DNA of 20,000 nucleotides from Malacoraja senta (lineage: Eukaryota): NCBI GenBank assembly GCA_038087875.1, contig JAXLNO010000339.1:53960-73959 (forward strand). Reading direction: 5' to 3'. Of this stretch, positions 1-8,939 are shown piece by piece. Both the position numbers and the translations under genes were made by a program. Position 1 is the stretch's first letter, and each line of letters opens with the position of its first letter. A model generated the notes under the pieces. The model saw only the letters and a list, made by a program, of their open reading frames with translations. It did not search any database and was not told where the DNA came from.

Positions 1-11
1 CTTAGAAAGAT

Positions 12-135
12 TTGGGGGGGGATTTTCTCCAGATAGGGGCTGGAATCTGGAATGCTCTCCCTGAGGGAATGGTGGAGGTCGTTGTCCACACACAAGAGCA
101 TCTGGACATCTTGAATCGCAAGGGCATCGAAGAGT
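12..135 (+). mobile_element. Degenerate CR1-clade LINE 3' fragment
   Basis: Translation GDFLQIGAGIWNALPEGMVE resembles the CR1 ORF2 C-terminal motif (F..RV...WN.LP..VV.A) seen in better copies at 186-383 and 8940-9108. Confidence 0.6.
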
Positions 136-440
136 CATGGAGTCACACAGCACGGAAACAGACTCTTCGGCCCAACCCGTCCATGCTAACCAAGATACCC
201 ATCCACAATAATCGCATTTGGCCCATATCCCTCTAAACATTTCCTATCCATGAACCTGTCCAAGTGTCTTTTAAATGTTGTTATAATACCTGCCTCAACT
301 ACCTCCTCTGGCAACTGGTTCCATATACCCATTACCCTTTGTGTGAAAAGGTTGCCCCCCCAGGTTCCCATTAAATCTTTCACCCTTCGCCTTCAACCTG
401 TGTCCTTGTGTTCTTGGTTCTCATACACTGAATAAAAATG
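133..440 (-). mobile_element. CR1-clade (HER1-like) LINE 3' end
   Basis: ORF 186-383(-) reads NLFTQRVMGIWNQLPEEVVEAGIITTFKRHLDRFMD..LEGYGPN, followed by a CR1-type 3' tail (GGGCCGAAGAGTCTGTTTCCGTGCTGTG on -). Confidence 0.85.
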
Positions 441-703
441 ATTGTCTATTCTTGTCTAACGTGACCTGTTATAAATGTCTGCGTTTAGTTTATCAACAGG
501 TGCCAAGTGTCTGTGACCGTTGATCTTTAGCTGGGAGCAATTCTCTCTTTATGACGTGCTTCAACCAGCCATGAAGTTATTTTATATTAATATGTAATTA
601 TCCAGAATCAAATCCACTTTCATTAAAAGAGATCTGGTGTCAAAAAATTTGTGAAGTACTCATTTTAAATGTAGTGCATTGCAGCCTGCAGTCTGGTGAA
701 CAA

Positions 704-988
704 ATGATTGATTGAAAGATACAGCATGGAAACAGGCCCTTCGGCCCACCGAGTCCATGCCAACCATCGATCACCCATTCACACTAGTTCTATGTTATTT
801 TACTTTCTCATCCACTCCCCACACGCGAGGGGCAATTTACAGCCAATTAACCTACAAACCTACATGTCTTTCGAGGAAACCCACGTGGTCACAGGGAGAA
901 CATGCAAACTCCACACATACATCACCCAAGGTCAGGATCGAACCCGGGTTTCTGGCACTGTGATGCAGCAGCTCTACCTGCTGCATTA
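704..988 (-). mobile_element. HE1-like tRNA-derived V-SINE
   Basis: On the - strand: B-box GGTTCGATCC, V-domain-like core (GTGTGGAGTTTGCATGTTCTCCCTGTGACCACGTGGGTTTCC), CR1-derived tail GGGCCGAAGGGCCTGTTTCCATGCTGTATCT, and a (CAAT)n end. Confidence 0.85.
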
Positions 989-996
989 CTATGTCT

Positions 997-1060
997 GTTT
1001 AGTTTGGAGATACAGCGTGGAAACAGGCCCTTCGGTCCACCGAGTCCACGCCGACCATCG
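997..1060 (-). mobile_element. V-SINE 3' tail fragment
   Basis: Near copy of 716-770 with a (CTAAA)n tail. Confidence 0.7.
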
Positions 1061-1061
1061 A

Positions 1062-1143
1062 GACTTGCCTGCGCATCCATCTTTTATCTCGTGGATTCCA
1101 GCTCCGGTTCCAGACATCCCAGTTCAGACCCAACCCAGACTAT
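1062..1143 (+). mobile_element. Penelope-like element ORF N-terminal fragment (duplicate of 6170-6251)
   Basis: Reads TCLRIHLLSRGFQLRFQTSQFRPNPDY. Near-identical to 6170-6251, which lies downstream of a pLTR end. Confidence 0.5.
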
Positions 1144-1486
1144 AGGGAGGTTGCACGGCTGTCGAGGTCACGACCCATGACCCGTACTGTTGCCATGCAA
1201 CGCCAACTGGAGTACACGCGGTGAACTGCAGGTAAGCACTCACCATGGCTTCCAGTGTAGCGAGCCCGTCCTCTGCCCCCCGTATCCGTTCAATTATCGC
1301 AGTATGCCTCAAATCTCGCAGCTGAGGAGTACGAACAATATGTCCAAAAAGTCTCTGGTATTGATCATTATTTAGTGCCTGAAGCTGAGACATCCCATGA
1401 CATCTCCCAACTGCCAGAACTTAATTCCATGGACATCATGGCCTACCTCATCTCAACGCCCAGTCCATACACAGCAAAGAATTTTC

Positions 1487-2879
1487 TGCCCATTTTCTGC
1501 CCACTACTTTCCCATTAAGAATGTCCTGTAGATTCCATTTCTTAAGAAAAGGATTTTTAAAAAAAGCCTTAAGGGCCTGTCCCACCAGCATGCGTCTAGC
1601 GCGACCAAACGTGGTGGATTGAGGCGTACGGCCTCGCGGGGCCGGTCCCACTTCCAACCGCGGAGACGTCTGGAGTTGTGCGGGGCTGGTCCCGACATCA
1701 TAATCACCAATCAGCTGGGCAAGAGGCGGGACGACTGATTTTGGACGTCGCACGGCTTCGGCCGGTGACGTCATTATGCAACGGCACGCCGGGCGGTGAC
1801 GCCATCGCGCAATGTGTACGCCGTCAAGACGCTGCATACGACGTCAAGGCGCTGCGTACGCCCGTCGAGGTGCTGCGTACGGCCTCAATGCAGCTGCGGG
1901 TCGACAGGCCGTTGTCGCGCGGGATTTTCGGACAGTGCAAGATTTTTGGAGCCCCGCGCGATGTCGGGACCAGCCCCGCACAACTCCATACGCCTACGGC
2001 GATCGAAGTGGGACTGGCCCCGCGAGGCCGTACGCGTCAAGCGACCACATTCGGTCGCGCTAGGCGCATGCTATCGCATGCTGGTGGGACAGGCCCTTTA
2101 GTATCCAAATAACAAACTAATCCCATTCACACAGGAATTCACAATATAACATGATTTTTAAATTTCACTGTCATGAATTTATATGCCAGATGGAAGGAAT
2201 TTAATGTTTAATTCCCATAAATTAATCAGAAACATCCCCTCAAAATATAATCAAAATTATTGTTTTTTGCAAAATACACGTGACTCAAACGATTATGATG
2301 TGAATATTTAATTAAAAAATAATGATCATGGAGAGAGAATAACACCAAATATAGACAATTTGGATGGCTTATGACATGATTGTCCCAAAAAAATGGTCAT
2401 TTTAATCATCTTGCTTCTGGAACGCGATCGATTGGAACGTTGCATTTGCGTTGAATTTGAACACCATATCGGCAGGAAAAACACTGCCGGTTTGTATGGG
2501 GCCCAAATAAAATTTTCGCAACGTAAAATTAGATTAAAGCCATCTCAAGAAGCAAGATTATATGTAAAATATATGACTTACCCTTTGTTTTGTCCCGTTC
2601 ATGCGATCCGTCACGTTGTAGGCGTTGAGGGCGTTCGAAGTCGCCTTTTATTTTGATCCAAATATTAAATTGTCCAGCTAATTTTTTTTTAAGTATAGCG
2701 TGAACGAAATTCCGATCGATTTTTCATCAGCAGCTAGCAGCCCGAGGAAGTCCACCTCAGACAGGCAGTACAAAACGGCATTTTAATCCCGCCCCCACCC
2801 CCTCAAAGGCGCCAAAGTCGCACACACGGCCAGTGGCAGAACTGCAGTGCCGCTGAAGGTAAGTATTGTAACATCGCTA
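1487..2879. mobile_element. Unclassified repeat or DNA-transposon end fragment inside the ISL2EU element (itself split by a Harbinger MITE)
   Basis: Begins abruptly where homology to the 6252 copy stops. It is non-coding and ends in TGTAACATCGCTA (TAG.. terminus on the - strand, Academ-like). The family is uncertain. Confidence 0.35.
1572..2097. mobile_element. PIF/Harbinger-type MITE (526 bp)
   Basis: Terminal inverted repeats (TIRs) AGGGCCTGTCCCACCAGCATGCG / CGCATGCTGGTGGGACAGGCCCT. TTA TSD at 1569-1571 and 2098-2100. Imperfect inverted arms of about 125-140 bp. Confidence 0.9.
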
Positions 2880-3277
2880 CTATGTGTCCATGGAACAGAA
2901 TCCAGCAGATCATGCTACACGATCTGTTTCTGCATGTCATTTGATGGACACCAACTGGTTCACTGTTCCCAAGTTCCTGCTCAGTTCACAACACTGTCTC
3001 CCCGAGTCTAACTATGACCTCGTAGATGCTAATGCAGATACAGAAGTTCGCCTTTAAGTGTCCACCTTACACACTGTAGCTTTCACCAAACAACTTGGTT
3101 CACATCTTTATTTTGTTGATATTTTCCAGGTAAGAACGTCGAATGAAATTTTGAATAGCGGTAGTACGTGTTGCGTGAGTGACGAGTGTATGCCGGAGGC
3201 TTGCTTGTCCTCCAGTACGCTTGAGCGACTCCGTGGGTCACACACATTGACCTTCTGATCTACCGTGCAATCGCCCT

Positions 3278-3889
3278 ATAGATATTGAGTGGATAAGATA
3301 CCCATTCAACATCAATCAATCAGTGCCAAAAGGTCTGTCACAAACAGAAGCAGAACAACTTTTGGAATTAGCTTCTGATGGATTCTTAAAAAACGAATAT
3401 AAAGGGAACACATTATCTTCATTTTAGTTACAAACACAAAATGAATTTCCAGAATTGTCAGATAAAGCCCTAAATTTAATTTTTCCATTTCCAAGCTCAT
3501 ACCTGTGTGAAGTTGGATTTTCTGCTCTTGTGGACGTTAATTCAAAGAGGAACCACATATTAGATGTCAAACCGCAACTGAGGTTGAAATTAACAAGTAC
3601 AGAGCCAAATTTTGCCTACATTTTTTCCCAACATATGCAATTTCATCCTTCACATTGATGATAAATTATTTTAATTAAAGATTTATTTAATGGATACCTT
3701 ATTAATTTTATTCTAGTAATTATACATTATATTATAGAAAACCTTTGTTTACATGCATACCTTGATCCAAAATAAAAATGTATGCAATTTTTAACAACTT
3801 TTGCAATGAAATACAATTGTTTTTAACGAGGGGTACAAGATGAAACTTTATGAAGGGGTACACGGGTATCAAAACTTTGGGAATCACTG
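3278..3889 (+). mobile_element. hAT-Charlie/Buster transposon 3' part (transposase C-terminal dimerisation domain relic plus right TIR)
   Basis: One frame, 3278-3658: IDIEWIRYPF..EAEQLLELASDG..F*..EFPELSDKALNLIFPFPSSYLCEVGFSAL..KR..LDV...LRL. TIR ACTTTGGGAATCACTG ends at 3889 and is followed by the Charlie-type target 8-mer GTCTAGAC. Confidence 0.9.
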
Positions 3890-3891
3890 GT

Positions 3892-5946
3892 CTAGACAAA
3901 CTCCTACATATGAGAGACATAGTATTTTCTAGACTAATAGACTATGAATATAATATTAATATTAAAAATCAGTCTTTATAAGGTCCAAAGTGACCATTCT
4001 AGGACTCAAAATGACTGGCGACGGTAGAGGACTAACAGAAGAGTTTCAGGAAAAAATCACTAATATAGGACACCCTATATATCCTATATTAGTACTCAGA
4101 AAACTTACAGGCTGCCTTAGGCCTGTTAAATTTTGGAAGGATCTTTGTCCTGTCCTTTGCAGAACTTTCCCAGCCGTTATACAAAATAATTGGGGATGGT
4201 AGTCGAACAGAAAATGTCCATTTCATGGCCCACGACTATGAGGCCTGGAAGAAATTGGCAGCTGCAGTACAGACAGCAATAGACCTATAACAGAGGGATG
4301 TGTCAGTTCCATTAATTGTCCAATTATTAGTGGGACAACAGACCGGGGTAGCGACCTTTTCCAACAAAGGAGATAAAGAGCCAGTAGGTTTCTACTCCTA
4401 TAATTTCTCTACAGTCAAACAAAAATTTAAGTTAAAAGAAAACGTTTTTGCATTAGCAATGCCGGCATAACAAAAGGTCTGACCTTTCTGGAGATCATAA
4501 AATCAAAATGCACACTAATATCCCCGACCTGCAAAGTACAATCAGTATGTCTGTACAACACAGACATGCTACCAATGGACAGACCTCCTCTTAGATGAAA
4601 CCTTAGAATGGAAATATAATTACGATTTGATTGACATTCTCTATTTGCCACCAGCAGCTGATAATACTTTTGAAACTATACAGTTAGACATACCACAAAC
4701 ACTTTCTCTCGAACAATATGAAGTAGTCATTTACTGTGATGGCTCATCTCCATCATGTAGAATTAAAGAAGAAGGCATTAAATCTTGTGCTGGAGCCGGG
4801 GTGATAATAGGAAGATTCTTATCCCCCACAGTTTTCAAAAGTGTAAAGACCCTACAAATAGGTCTGGGACATCATTCTGCACAATATGCAGAGGTTCAGG
4901 CGGTGATCTTGGCAATTGCAAGAGCCCAGATTACACCCGAGAAAAATACTTTAATTTGTTGTTTTTTCTTAAAGTTATTTTCATGTCTGGCTGTGGCGGC
5001 TTTGACATTCCGGAGTCGCCTTCCAGAGGGAATGCTTCAAAGAGTTTGTGGCCAGGGTGAGAGGGGTCAGAGATGATCTTACCCACTCGCTTCCTGGCCC
5101 TTGCAGTGTAGAGTTCGTCAATGGGGGGGAAAGTTTGCAGCCAACAACCTTCTCAGCTGAACGAATGATACGCTGCTGCCTCCGGATGTCGTGTTTGGTG
5201 GCTGAGCCAAACCAGACCATGATGGAGAAGGTGGCAATATAGAATTGGACCATCATTGCCTGTGGCAGTGATGGTCCAATTCAAAGGATATAAAAAGGAT
5301 CTTACTCTATGGAAACAGAATGGCTTTACAAATCTTGGGTCAAAAGCAATTAAACATGCTGAAGCCTGGAAATAATTGGCAAAAATACGAAAGATCTATC
5401 CCCATTTAGAGATGATCCATGTAGAAGCCCACACTAAAAAGGGGCTTCATGCATACGGGAATAACCTGGCAGACCAGATGGCAAAAATTGCTGTCTCCTT
5501 AACATCAAACATGACAAAGGTGTGTGTAGTCACAAGAACACAGAGACGTTAAAACCAAGATTTGGTTCTCAAGCAGCTAATGGATCAAAACATCCCGCTA
5601 TCCCGCCAGATATACATAGAGCAAAGACCCAGATGGAAAGATTGTGCTCAACCTTCCCATCAAAGGGTTACAGCTGATACCTTCCATATGAGACAGAATT
5701 GGTTTATCACAAGAAGTACACCAAGGCATGGGCATGGCACATAATGGATTACATGCCATGATGGCCCATTCACAAATGTACTATTGGTGGCCAGGGTTGA
5801 AATCACAGGTGAAAAAATACCTTATACAATGTGAACCCTGTTTATTGACAAATTCAAATCCAGTTACCAGGGCACCGCCCCTGGTCAAAATGAAACATAA
5901 TCGTCCTTTCGATTTAATTTATTTGAACTTTATAGGTCCCTTGCCA
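3892..5946 (+). pseudogene. pol: Foamy-virus-like (spuma-like) endogenous retrovirus pol relic: RT C-terminus, connection, RNase H, integrase N-terminus
   Basis: Colinear motifs across stops and frameshifts: VTILGLKMTGDGRGLTEEFQEKITNI; GDKEPVGFYSYNFS; QWTDLLLDE; VIYCDGS..LGHHSAQYAEVQAV; WKQNGF..IKHAEAWK..IHVEAH..HAYGNNLADQMA; YWWPGLKSQVKKYLIQCEPCLLTN..RPFDLIYLNFIGPLP. Confidence 0.85.
4958..5268 (-). mobile_element. Rex1/Babar-clade LINE fragment inserted in the ERV RNase H
   Basis: MVQFY..TFSIMVWFGSATKHDIRRQQRIIRSAEKVVGC, then in a shifted frame KIISDPSHPGHKLFEA. Confidence 0.85.
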
Positions 5947-6251
5947 AACCAGCATCTGCAGTTTATCTTAAACATATTGTCCTCTTAAACATATTGTCCA
6001 CTCCACTGCGAAATCTCCTCAAGGTATGTCTACTTTGAAGTTGTCCTCCTCTGTCCGATGAGAGTTCAGCAACATCCTCTCTCACTGCTCCCCCTCTGTG
6101 ATTCCTCCTTCCCTCCGACTCTACGACTCGTAACCCAGATCCGTTACCACACCACGTTTGTTTTCTCGGGACTTGCCTGCGCATCCATCTTTAACCTCGT
6201 GGATTCCAGCTCCGGTTCCAGACATCCCAGTTCACACCCAACCCAGACTAT
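5947..6251 (+). mobile_element. Penelope-like element: pLTR end plus ORF N-terminus
   Basis: Starts with AAACCAGCATCTGCAGTT, the same sequence as the pLTR end at 15549-15566. Later reads TQIRYH/HVCFLGTCLRIHL*PRGFQLRFQ, matching the H..FL..C....L.P.G..L motif of Penelope ORF N-termini. Confidence 0.55.
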
Positions 6252-7246
6252 AGGGAGGTTGCACGGCTGTCGAGGTCACGACCCGTGACCTGTACTGTTG
6301 CCACGCAACGCCAACTGGAGTACACGCGGTGAACTGCAGGTAAGCACTCACCATGGCTTCCAGTGTAGCGAGCCCGTCCTCTGCCCCCGCATCCGGTCAA
6401 TTGTCGCAGTATGCCTCAAATCTCGCAGCTGAGTACGAATAATATGTCCAAAAAGTCTCCTTGAATGGTATTGATCATTATTTAGTGCCTGAAGCTGAGA
6501 GATCCCATGACATCCCCCAACTGCCAGAACTTAATTCCATGGACATCATGGCCTACCTCATCTCAACGCCCCGTCCATACACAGCAAAGAATTTTCAGGC
6601 CAACAAGTCATCTGAGGCTTACAATCAGTTTGCTAATGGTTGGTTACATGACACTAGTGTATACATCGCAAATAATTCTCCAGATTTACGAGTGGTGTGT
6701 GGAAAAGTAAGTTTTCTATCATTATGCTATTACTTACTTATGTTATTTATGCTATTACTTATTGGAAGCTATTTTAACACTTTTTCTTTTTCTTTTCAAT
6801 TATCCTCGTATCACAGGTTCTGCACTCACAAGCTGTCGGCGTGAATTCTAAGCCATTGATGCCGTGGGTTATTGGGACAAATGGCCAGATATACAGTGCC
6901 CACTGTGATTGCAAGGCAAGGCTCGGAGTAGTTTGTACCCATGTAGTGACGGTTCTCTTTGGTATTGACACTGGAGTACGGATTAGTGAGAAGACAACAG
7001 TCACCCAGGTCAAAGCATATTGGATGGAGCCAACGAGAAAGCAGGTTAAAGCAGCGCCTGTCAGCAAAGTTAACTTCTCTTCAGCAGCACAGACGAAAAG
7101 ATGGCTTGATGCTACCATAGATGGGACTGAGCCGAAACAGCAACAAGCCAGAGATGAAGCTCCATCAGTGTCATCCGCTTCTTGTCGAGCATCGGAGTTG
7201 CTGCAGGACAAAGTACTGAGTGGTCTTTTGTTAGGCCTGTCCCTGA
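6252..7246 (+). mobile_element. ISL2EU/PHIS-type transposon left part (second copy), truncated
   Basis: Same terminus AT|AGGGAGGTTGCACGG and hairpin GGTCACG-ACC-CGTGACC as at 1144. Carries the SWIM gene. Confidence 0.7.
6353..7246 (+). pseudogene. Two-exon SWIM zinc-finger gene relic (N-terminal half of an ISL2EU YqaJ/lambda-exonuclease-type accessory protein)
   Basis: CACCATGG start at 6353 with one premature TAA (CAA in the other copy). Exon 1: YVQKVSL.GIDHY..LPEL..MDIMAYLISTPRPYT..FQANKSSEAYNQFANGW. A phase-0 GT-AG intron at 6707-6816 joins VCGK|VLHSQ. Exon 2 has the SWIM motif AHCDCKARLGVVCTHVVTVLF and TVTQVKAYW. Confidence 0.75.
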
Positions 7247-7560
7247 CAGGCACGTGCCATCAGGGTAGGCAAGGTAGGCACTGCCTACCCTGACTAAAAT
7301 TATAAAATGGTTATTATTAAATATAAATAGTAAAGGCACGGGAGAATTATGCCTACCTATGAGATTGATCTCTTACATAGGCATAATTCTCCCATGCCTT
7401 TCATCCGCAGTACATGTAATACGTGAAAGTATGTGCAGCTCGCGTGCCGTCGATGCTGCTTCAAACCTTCAATGACAAGGGGAGCTGAATCTAGCTGAAA
7501 TTCTGCCTTTACACCGTGGTCTGCGCATGCGCAGCGCATGTTTCTTGGCGGGTTTTTCAA
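7247..7560 (+). mobile_element. hAT-like transposon left end truncating the SWIM gene
   Basis: Starts CAGGCACGTGCCATCAGGGTAGGCA..TGCCTACCCTGA (CAG terminus with subterminal inverted motif). No matching right end was seen, so the right boundary is approximate. Confidence 0.45.
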
Positions 7561-7671
7561 ACATGGATCGTCCTTATCTTAAGAGTATCTTATGAAACAA
7601 AGAGAGAAGAACGTAGTTAGTGTACAAATAATGTGGTAAGTAGATTTCTTTGAGCTTTATGTTTTTAAATA

Positions 7672-7740
7672 CCGTATTTCCGGCAATGAAGACGCTATTG
7701 TTTACCCAAATATAAGGCACGACAATTTACCTGCAGGCCA
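7672..7740 (+). mobile_element. Tc1/mariner (pogo/Tc2-type) terminus fragment
   Basis: TA|CCGTATTTCCGGCAATGAAGACGC resembles CCGTATTT..TAAGACGC-type TIRs. Confidence 0.45.
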
Positions 7741-7899
7741 AAGGTTAGGTTGTTAGCCAAGAAAGATAGACTTGGCTGTTCCTCAGTACAGCAACATCAA
7801 GAACGATGTTGCTGTACTGAGGGATAGCCAAGTCTATCCCTCATTGCTGGCAGCTGATGGGAAGCGGCTGTAAAGTGGGAAGCGGTCGTAAAAGGACAG

Positions 7900-8355
7900 C
7901 GCTGCTGGGGGATTCCAATACCGAAAGGGGCTGCTCCTTGCCTTCTGGCTGCACTTCACACCCACCATCCTCATCTTTGGACAAACTGTGCGTGGGGCCG
8001 AAGATGTCCTAGTTGGGTTGTTCATAGGCCTGGCCAAGCTGGCCATCCACAAGGCCCAGCACCAGGTGGAAGAGGGCTCTACCCGAGCCTGCTAGCTGCC
8101 CCTTTTCCAGCATCACGTCCATGCCCGGTTAGTTTTAGAAAGGGACTACGCGTTGTCCACGGGCTTCCTGGGGGATTTCCGGGACCACTGAGCACCGTGG
8201 GACGAGGAAAGCACCCTCAATAAGGATGGTGATAGTTGTATAGTAGTATATTCAGTATATTTGTTTGACCTGTATTATGGTGGTGGGTTTTGATTTAATT
8301 TATTTTGTACTGTACATATTATTGTAAATAATTAAATTATTTTTGGTTAAAAAAA
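7900..8355 (+). mobile_element. Tx1 (L1-group) LINE 3' end
   Basis: Reads LLLAFWLHFTPTILIFG..EDVLVGLFIGLAKLAIH, then a T-rich 3' UTR ending in an A-run at about 8349-8355. Confidence 0.75.
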
Positions 8356-8520
8356 CTGTTCTGTTGAATCACCGGTGGTGCTGAGTCAGCGTACAAAAGA
8401 GAGAGTGAATATCTGGTTGAGTGTTGTCAGCATTAATTTGAACATTAAAAAGGATTTTAATGTAGTTGCTGCAAATCTGAAACCTTTCACACACAAACAC
8501 AATAGACTTCCTTGTGCAGA

Positions 8521-8821
8521 GTTTAGTTTAGTTTAGAGATACAGCACAGAAACAGGCCCTTCGCCCCACCGAATCCACACAAGCCAGCAATCCCCGAACA
8601 TCAACACACTAGGTACAATTTTTACATTGATACCAAGCCAGCTAACCTACAAACATGTACATCTTTGGAGTGTGGGAGGAAACCGAAGATCTAGGAGAAA
8701 ACCCACGCAGGTCATGGGGAAAAGGTACAAACTCCGTATGGACAAGCATCCGTAGTCAGGATCGAACCCAGGTCTCTGGCGCGGTAAGGCAGTAGCTCTA
8801 CCGCTACACCCACATGCCACC
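8521..8821 (-). mobile_element. HE1-like V-SINE
   Basis: (GTTTA)n tail, CR1-like tail, V-domain, and B-box (CAGGATCGAACCC on +). Confidence 0.85.
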
Positions 8822-8874
8822 TTTATTTAACAGTCCACAAAATGCAAGTTACTGTCAAATTATTATCAAGGGAG

Positions 8875-8928
8875 AAAATGTGGTGTGTGCCTCCTAAAAT
8901 GTGGTGTGTGCCTCCTAAAATGTGGTGT
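8875..8928. repeat. 21-bp tandem repeat, about 2.6 copies
   Basis: AAAATGTGGTGTGTGCCTCCT at 8875 and 8896, with a partial copy at 8917. Confidence 0.95.
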
Positions 8929-8939
8929 CACTCTCCTAG

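Larger units (their letters stand above)
1144..3277 (+). mobile_element. ISL2EU/PHIS-type DNA transposon, internally deleted, with nested inserts
   Basis: Left end AT|AGGGAGGTTGCACGG. Right end reverse complement is AT|AGGGCGATTGCACGG (13/15 match; AT at 1142-1143 and 3278-3279). Both ends have a subterminal GGTCA..GTGACC motif. 1245-1486 encodes the frameshifted start of the protein seen at 6353. Confidence 0.7.

Noticed and set aside
1448..2112. Several overlapping 68-144 aa ORFs
   Set aside because: By-products of a GC-rich palindromic MITE, with no protein motifs.
1143..2879. Alternative element boundary TAGGGAGGTTGCA..TGTAACATCGCTA with an apparent CTA TSD
   Set aside because: Only 10 of 13 TIR positions match. 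A better right end (13/15 plus the shared subterminal dyad) lies at 3263-3277.
2880..3277. THAP/transposase ORF expected on the minus strand inside the right TIR
   Set aside because: No convincing THAP or DDE motif was found by eye.
8875..8928. CRISPR-like array or KMWCVPP repeat protein
   Set aside because: Spacerless tandem duplication in eukaryotic DNA; the ORF merely runs into a CR1 relic.
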